Assembly: GCA_000934665.2 (NCBI GenBank)
Contig: KZ538558.1
Span: 1-63,019, forward strand
Direction of reading: 5' to 3'
Source: Catajapyx aquilonaris
Lineage: Eukaryota
Length of the DNA stretch: 63,019 nt
In this document: positions 54,701 to 63,019 of the stretch, piece by piece
Numbering within the stretch: the first letter of the stretch is position 1
Layout of the letters: each line of letters starts with the position of its first letter
Notes under the pieces: model-generated
Told to the model about the DNA's origin: nothing
Seen by the model: only the letters and a program-made list of their open reading frames with translations
Database searches by the model: none
Position numbers and translations under genes: made by a program

Positions 54701-57700
54701 ATGACCCGCGGGGCATGAGCTCTTCTGGCACGGAAATTGAAGAGAAAGAATTCGTGAGGATGTCGGGTCATAATGAGCGTGTAGAGTGTACGTATAGTAA
54801 TGGTCGGGCCAGTTGCAAATTGCAGTAGAGGTTATAGAGGCGTGTAGCAAGCCGCGAATCAGATTGTCTTCCGTTCCTCCTCCCTCGTCGAAACGCGAAA
54901 AAGAGAGTGGCCGAACACAGTGTTATAATCTCCAGTGCCATCTGACCAAACTACCTGCTGCAAAGTCCATCCCAGACCATGTAGGCCGCAACTTTCGTGC
55001 CGCGATCCGCTGTCTAATTTCCGCCGCATTTTTTTCTCCCCCCCTTCTGTAGGAAACATCCCAAAAAAGGCGCACATACATCATGCTGAATCCGATAAGC
55101 ATCACTCGCACGCTATCGGAATCCCCTCCCGCCCACATCCGTCGCCGTAACGTGGCCAACATCACACCCCTCCAAAAAAAAGAAGACTGAAGAAGAAGTC
55201 ACCGGCCACACACAGCAACCAGCAGCTCCTTCCTCCTCTGATTAGGCCCTTCCGGAACACCCTTTTTGCCGTGTTCGGCTTGCGCCAACTTAATCATAAT
55301 AATATACTCTATTAGAGTCCGGGATTCCTGCTGCTCTCTTATTCCATGTCTGCTGGTTTTTGTGCGCGGCAGGATGATTACTGTTGTCTGGTCCGAATGC
55401 GATGCCTGGAAGCGTGTGATTGCCGGCTTCCCAAGTGGATTTCGACAAAGGTGAACACTTGTTTTAGGAGTTGTCGCGAAATGTTGATGCCACCGAATAC
55501 AAAACAACATTATAATATATATTCACTTTCTCACGCATCAGTGGGGAGAGGTCGGACATTAAAATTGTAGAATTACATATCCACGAATATTGAACAGAAA
55601 TTAGAAAGATCAGGCAATTTGATCCAGTGATAATGTGTGAAAACCCAGCTTTTTCAATTGAGGGGGAAAAAAATACCTAATTCATCATGAACAGTTGGAG
55701 TACGATAAGCATGTAATTTTCAATTCTTCGCTGAAAATTTTTCACCTGCATATTCAGGCCCAACCGACAGTCACCTGGGGCTGAAATCACAAAAAATATA
55801 TTTGCCACTGTTTTTTTTTTTGTTGTAGTTATGCGCCTAAAGCAGCTCATGAACAGCAAAAAAAATTGGAAGCAGCAGATACAGTCTTTTTTTGTGTGTG
55901 AATTCAGCCCGTTGGTGCCTTCAACCTCATATTTTTCAAACCAATGATATACGTCTTTCAGACATCCTCGAAGGTGTTAATTCTGTGGCATGCAGCTTAA
56001 ATGGGCAAATAATAATACTCTTGGCCTATAAGCCCATCCAGAAGCGGCAACATCAATTATGGAAAAATGAGTTGGCATTTTCATTCTCACCAATTCAGCC
56101 CTATAAGGCATAATCACAGGTGGTATAAAACCGACGCAATAACTTATAATATTTTGTATCTATATAGTGCCACTTTTAATATTTCGTAACTTAATATACA
56201 GCAGTTTTTTTGGGGCATTCAATACCCTTCAGTTGCGCATCATTAGGCTTGTTCTAAGCGAGGCCAACTAATCAGCTGCTGCAATTATGTAATTCGCGCA
56301 CCTGATGCTCTAAGGTAGTTAGAAAATAATGCGATAAATGGACCGCCTGGGAAATGGCGACAACTCGGAGGAAGATGCTGCTGCAGGAGGAGGAAGCCAA
56401 GCAGGCCATTATCATGTGGAGCAACAAGATAGGGAGCTAAGCAGGAGGAAAAAAAAGAAAGAAGACAGAGAGAGAGAGAGGGGGGGGGGTGAAAAAAAGG
56501 TGTTGCAAGAGAGAGAGAAGGAGAGAGAGAGAAGGGCGTCGACATGTTTTATTAACGCAGCACAAGCGGCGGCAGTAAATATTCATGGGCCTCATTAGGA
56601 AGCCGTTGCGGGACCCCAAATGTGGGGGCGTAGCCAGAGGGTCAGAAAGAAAGAGAGAGTCTCATTTACAGGTGAGGTGTTGCTTCTTGCTGCTGCCTGG
56701 CACCTGCTTAAATGCTTCCACTCGACGCTTAATTAATCCTCGCTCGCTCAATTAGGACCAGACCATCTCCTTCTCTACTTGCCTTTTCGATGTTGTGCAG
56801 CTTCGGTGCCAATTACTCCGATCAGTATATACTATACTCATCCAAAGTGTGTTGCAGCCTTCTGCTTCTTTACATCTCCAAGTATACAGTCCCGAAATAG
56901 GTTGCTTGTGTTTCAGACTGGTTGCTGCGGAGAATGCATGTATATACCTTCGAAGTTTATTCCACTTCCGTCAACAATGACAAGAAGTGCGAATTATGCA
57001 TTCCCAACGTAACGTGGGAATTTATCCTTTCAAAGGTTAATTTGAATTGGTCGTGCCAGGCAGCCCAAATTAATTTAAACGGCTTCATTGCATGCTCGAG
57101 TTTATTATATAAAATGCACACGTGTAAGAATGGGGGGGAGGGCGTATAATAAATGCAACAGTTGAGGAGGCAACACTTTTGTATCCCATTTGGATAAATT
57201 TAGAAATTACTTATGCAGATGCGAGTGTTTTGCAGTAATTGCATCCCCATCTTTTTTTTTGATATTATAAGAAAAAATGTAGAAATAATTATCCCGTGGG
57301 TTTTGAATTTTAGTTGTTTGTGTTAATTATGGAGGAGTCGGTCACGGTGATCTACGCATGAAATGCAAGCCCCCCCTTTTTCCATTCCCAAGTCACGCCG
57401 GGATGTGTTTATGCGATACACTACATGCCATTTTCCCCTCCCCACCCCTCTTTTTTTTTTAAAAAAAAGAAAAGAGGCTATGTGTGTTTCCGGATGATTT
57501 TTTTCCCTCTCTTCTTGGCCCATCTGCAAGTGGTCCAAAACAAAAATTAGCAATTGAAATGAAGCTCGTTTTCTTTTGCTCGTTTCTCACCCGACCATTC
57601 AAGTCGCCTCTTTCGGAAGTTCTTTTCCTTCTGCTCTTATGGCTGCTGCTCCTGCTCAATACGCCTTCAACTCTACATAATGTACAGTGCATCTATAAGA

Positions 57701-59359
57701 CTGAGTCCTCTGATTGGTCCGCCGTATATTGTTACCGCGACGCTTCCGATTGGCCGCCTCACACAACAATGTGAGTAAACAATGTCATTTCCAGGAGACT
57801 TATTGAGAAGTTGGAAGATCCCGAAGTGCATTATAATGTCCTTCGACTATAGATGGGGAAGGCGGCGTAGTGGCAACATGGGAGCTCCATCACCGCAGAC
57901 CGCAGGCCCAGAAAAAAAGCGAGCGAAGCAGTCGTAGGAATCTCTTCTGTTGGTCCCACGAGAAGCTTCCATTCGAGTAAATAATAGCTCCAATAATGTG
58001 CCTCCAACCATCATAATCTGACTGACTGACACAATAAATAGGTGGCCGGCGGTCAAGCTAAAAGGTCAATTTGTGGAGGATAAATGATTGGAAAAGGGGG
58101 GGGGGGCCCAGGAGGGGTTATACTGTCAGCGGTAATTACAGCGCACGACCCCGCCGCTGCCACAAAACACTCGAGGAAAATGTCAGGTAATCGGGGCTCC
58201 GAAATATATTTTTTTTGTGTGTGGAACAGGTAAGAGAGGGCTAATTGGACGCACGCGATGAAGGACATGTCTCGAAGGGGAGTCTCCTCTGGGAAGAAAA
58301 GGAGAATTAATCTCCAGGGGGAAAATGAAGCCATTGGACACGCGCTCACAAACAGACAAATGGGGGGAGAAAATCCTCCAACTGGGACAAAAATACAGGG
58401 TACATTTCCAGCTGATACTGAATCACCCTGTACATAAACCACCAGTATATCCGCCCCTCCTTTTTTCCTCCACACCCGACGTCAATAAGACAGAGCGAGG
58501 AGTCAAGCGAGGGGTCATCTTGGACCCCAACTAAATCAAACAAAGACATTTTTTTCTCTCTCTCTCTCTCCGTCCGTTTCTATCTTCGGGTTCGAAATAG
58601 GTTGGCTGCCCCAGGAATTCCTCCTGCTGATGGCGGCGCCGTTCAAAAGGAACCCATTTTTAACGGCCGGTTAATTTTAGCGGGCTAGATTTTAGTCCGG
58701 ATCTGGACAGTCCGTAAGCGACGATTGCGACGTCGCTGGTGGGACGAGCGACGTCGCTTCAGGCGATCGGATCAGGGTGACGTCACGGGTCGCGTCTAGT
58801 TTGGCGTCGTTTTTTTTCTACCCTTCCAAAAATTGTTGTTGGTTTGTGGCCCACCTGCCGGGCCTGGCATCGGCGGAGGTGGCCACCCCCCGGAGCGAGT
58901 CTAATTGTTCTTTGCGCCACTCCAGGCTCCTCTCAGGGGGGCAAAGACTCTCAGGTTAGGTGGAGGAAAGAAGAAGAAGAAAAAGAAAGGTGATGGTATC
59001 CACATATCGTCCTTTGCATGTACTGCTCCAGGCCCTTCAATCCACCCCCCCAAATTGCATCCATCACTCAACCGCAAGTTATCGCCTCGAAATTATTGTG
59101 GGTCGCAATGTTTGGGACTAACCCGAGCTTATTGACGTTTAATTAAAGGCGGCGGTACGATTCAATTAAGGGTCAGGTCCCCGGCCAAGGCTGAACAAGC
59201 CGTCTTCCCCATTTGGGAGACTGACTGGCAACCGTGTCCACTTTGGAATTATCGCGCTTAGAAACTCCTCACAAATTTACCTCGCGTGAAAATACCTTCC
59301 AGCCTCTAAATACGTTATAAATTATGTGTGTTTATCTGTACTATATAGTGGACCTGCTA

Positions 59360-60217
59360 CTATAGATGATTTTTTTTAAACGAGCGCAACCGAGTGCGCA
59401 CTGTTACTCGCGCAGCTCCTTTATTGTGACAGCAACGTTGCCAGAGTTACTCCCTCATTGAGCCTTGGCAACGTCGCAAACGTCTGTCCCCCAGCAGGGA
59501 GCATATACTGCAAGAGGCGCAAACATTCGATTTCCGCGTCTCTCTATTTGGGGCGTTGCCAAGACTGGCGGTCATTTTGAAGTGTGGGCAACGCCAACGA
59601 GGTATAAATAGGGTACAGGCAAAAATAGGGTCCGTCATCTTTGATTCGCGCGTGTTCTTGCCGTGTAGTTGCCATGGCCGCCAAAACCATCAAAGATGGT
59701 GGACCCTATTTTTGCCTGTACCCTATTTATACCTCGTTGGCGTTGCCCCCACTTCAAAATGGCCAGCCTTGGCAACGCACCAAATAGAGAGACGCGGAAA
59801 TCGAATGCTTGCGCCTCTTATGTAGTATATGCTCCCTGCCCCCAGTGTAGCGTTGGAAATACGTCCAACGCTTACCTATACCATGGGTCGAAATATTCGT
59901 GTGCGAAGATGCACTTTGCAAAATTGTTATTTGCACACCAAAATGAGCAGTTGGTCCTGGTTTTTAACATGGCGAAATCCAGCAATTAAAAATTAAGCAC
60001 TCCAACTAAGTACAAAATTTCTACTCTAAAATAAAGTCTGGAGTCCACGTGGACAAAATATTTAAAATTCGACCCCTGTTATACATACAATTATAGGCAG
60101 TACACCCCAAGTTACTGTACACATAGAGCTTACCTATACCATTGATAATTCCAACCGTGCACGCTGCGCAAACTGTGGTGCGCACTCGGTTGCGCTCGTA
60201 AAAAAATTCATCTATAG
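59360..60217. mobile_element. MITE family B, copy 2, expanded by nested insertions
   Basis: TIRs ctatagatgattttttttaaacgagcgcaaccgagtgcgcac / gtgcgcactcggttgcgctcgtaaaaaaattcatctatag. Homologous to 8773-8998. Confidence 0.85.
59495..59838. mobile_element. Fold-back MITE family A, copy 2 (opposite orientation to copy 1)
   Basis: CAGGGAGCATATACT...AGTATATGCTCCCTG. 7-bp TSD cccccag at 59488-59494 and 59839-59845. The central segment is the reverse complement of that in copy 1. Confidence 0.9.
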
Positions 60218-61291
60218 CCGATCGTTCTGGAGAGATGAGACAGCGAGGTGAGATGTCGTCTGAGTTTCGAAGCGACGTTAACCATAGCCATAAATTACTC
60301 TAAAATGGGTACGTCGGACGGGCCATACGCAACCTGCAGACTCGTATACATGCGCAGACGAAGCTCGTAAAAATCCTGACCCGCATCGAGCCAACTCGTG
60401 TCCGTGGCCGATTGGGTTTGGAGTCTAGCGTTGAAGTCTCTCGATGAAAAGATACCGTGTTTATCCCCCCCAAAACCCTAATTCCAGACCCTTTTCTCTC
60501 TCTCTTTCACCCAAACCCTCTGATGCCCTTCTTCATCATCTCCTCCCCGCAGGTACAAAAAGGTAATGGCGAAAACTAACAAGGGACATGGAGGCTTGAC
60601 AGCTGGGGAATTAATGTCCGAATAGGAATTTTCCAACTAACGTGTTTCGCTGCAGGAGGCCTCTTTGGATGGGTTGGAAAAGAAGGTGGGGGAGGAGATG
60701 GGGGGGTCAAAAAAAAGAGGAGGGGTGGTTCAAAAAAAAAATAGAAAGAAAAAAAACTTTGGATGGGGTAGATCAAGAGAGTGACGGATGGAAATCTATG
60801 TGACGTCACGCTGATGTCATAGTTTGTGCCTGGTTAATTAGCGAGTGTTTTGCACTTGCTCGCTCGACTGCTCTCAGGAGCACCAGCAACAATGGGCAGG
60901 TGCGAGGTTTGGCCCCCTTTTAGAGCGAGGGAGCTGCTAAAAAATTATGTCTCATAACTAGCCAGAAGAAGGAGCAAGAGTGTAAATAACAAAAAAAGCG
61001 AGTTTTTTTTTCTTCTTCTTAGAAGATGGTTCGCACTTGGCCGGTAATTTATGGCGGGTTTTTAGACCCGGGCAACAAGTGCCAGTCATTACACGGACCA
61101 GGTTATGTGCGCGATTCGAGAAGGGGTTGGAACCAAGAGAAAGAAAGAGGAAAGAAAAAATGTGAAGAAGAGAAGCAGCATCCGGTGTTTTGACACCGAG
61201 TTATACACCTATTATGCCGCATGACCATCATTGCTCAGGGGAAAATTGACACCTGCTTTGAATGGCCCGTGACGGTTTGCACAGGGTGGTA

Positions 61292-61483
61292 CAGTGCTGC
61301 AGATTAATGGTGTCGTACTGGGCAAAATAAATCGAAATTTGCTCTCCGGAATCTTCACTTATGATGCAAAGTGAAGGTGGTCATCCGGAGGCACTATTCG
61401 CTTTATCATAAATCATGTGTGGTAATACCTATTCGATTCGCTCTTTTGTCGCCACTGGCTCATGGCACCACCAGTACGACACT
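61292..61483. mobile_element. Tc1/mariner-type MITE family E, copy 2 (degenerate right end)
   Basis: TA-CAGTGCTGCAGATTAATGGTGTCGTACT start. Shares agtgaaggtggtcatccggaggca and tcgattcgctctttt with 51500-51732. Confidence 0.75.
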
Positions 61484-63019
61484 GTCACTCGAGAATTGTT
61501 CGGTACAGTAGCCGGAAAAGAGAAGCAAAGCAACATGTCTTGGTTGATTGTGATTGGCGGAGCGGACCATCGTGTTTGTGCTTCTTGGTCGCCTTTTTGT
61601 CACATTGTGCTCTCGACTTGTCTGTTGGGAGAATGTGAGTCAGATTGTGGATGTGGGAGAGAGAGAGGGAAGGGAAAGGGGAAGGGAGCGGGGTGTGTCC
61701 CAAGGGAAGCGCCACTTTGGGCTTTTCTACCCGCCGCCTCTTTTGCCAATTCCGAAGTTCCCTCGAGGCTGATTAGTCAGGCGTTTTGCATAACGAGTTT
61801 TAAAAAGCAAGAGGAGAGGAGGGGGGAGGGAAACACCTCTTCCTTTCTACACACACACCCCCCACACTTTTTTATATACTTTTTTATATATTTTTTTCAC
61901 CCCCCCGCAAGAACACCCCTCCCTAGAGAGGGTTGATTCTCTCAGGGGGCCTCCATTTTCTTATCAAGGTCCCCACATCTGCCCCCTCAATATATTGGTG
62001 ACAACACGTTTTACTCGCCGCCAATTCACATTCTCGACATCATTGCCGTGACGTCATTGTTGCTCCTAGTTGCTGGAGGTAAGCACAATCCGCAAGATTG
62101 TGAAAAAGAAAGGGGGGCCCAGCAGTCCGGTTGGCCATCCCAGACAGCAGACTGAGATAGATGAATAGATAGATAGAGGTTGGCTACTGTGCTGCGCCGA
62201 GGCTGATTACACATGTATCGGCCCCATCTGGTCTGTCCACGCCCCGGATTTATCGGCCTCTTATATGCAGGTCCCCCTCTCTTCTTCTTCTTTTTTTTAC
62301 CTTCCATCCCGTGTTGCCCAACCTTTCTTGCCCCCCCACACACACACACGGGCGTGTGCGAGCCTGGATTTGCATCCGGTCACCTTCTGACCTCCCCATC
62401 CAGATTTGCGCAAGTTATCCACGAAGACACTGATAGGAGAGCATTTCGACTGAAAAACTGGGCTCACTGTATACAGTATACCCACTCTTTAAAAAAAGGC
62501 ATGTCCCAAATATTGCGACCTCTGTAAGGCAGGATTTCAAAAGAGCATTTCTTTTGTATCGCACTGTACCCACCGATTTGATTGGTGGAGCAGCAATCTT
62601 AGGGTGTCTGATGTGGAGTGGAGGGTCGCCTAATTTAATGCTGTGGGTACTGTAGCAGTGTAGCTGTACCTAAATTTGCTGTTGGGCGCACCCTGTAGTT
62701 GGCTACCGGATGTGGTAAAAAATTCCGGGTCCATCTCCACTTGTCCAGGATGAAATATTCATGGTCCATTGTGTCCGAGCTTGGATTTCATACGTGCCCT
62801 CTGCAAAGACCGGACGTGCTGGAGTCCCCCCAAAAAAAAGAAGTTGTAAAATATTGTTACGAGAAAGAGACGCGGGGTCGAGTGACCTCTTCTTCCGCGA
62901 CCTGTGCGCTAAAAAGGGATGTGGGGGGGCACACCTTGCTGATTGGGCTCTCTCCTCATGCTCCATCTGGGCTCACATCTTTGCGGGAGAAGGAGCAGAA
63001 GCAGGTGCAATATCAAGTG

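Noticed and set aside
49325..59989. Near-identical peptides MPRLA(A/V)ILKCGQRQR... at 49325-49621 and 59556-59825
   Set aside because: The similarity comes from two copies of the same non-coding MITE, not from a gene family.

Overview
Eukaryotic (most likely arthropod) genomic window that is essentially a gene desert around one gene. That gene is a minus-strand class III POU-homeodomain transcription factor (ventral veins lacking/drifter/CF1a-like; Brn1/2/4 family) at about 35.4-36.8 kb. A short in-frame upstream ORF (37143-37220, MASAAYLTT...) resembles the conserved POU3 N-terminus and is probably a hidden first exon. The UAG stop is followed by an in-frame 78-codon open stretch, which echoes the stop-codon readthrough known for Drosophila vvl/drifter. 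The rest alternates between GC-rich or purine-tract blocks that look like enhancers (many octamer, CRE, homeodomain and Su(H)-type motifs) and AT-rich blocks full of short non-autonomous transposons. These include P-like MITEs with 7-bp TSDs, Tc1/mariner and pogo-like MITEs and a tRNA-derived SINE, several of them nested. There is also a 32-bp minisatellite, perfect palindromes, microsatellites and assembly gaps at poly-G/C tracts. I recognised no other protein-coding gene, tRNA, rRNA or CRISPR array.
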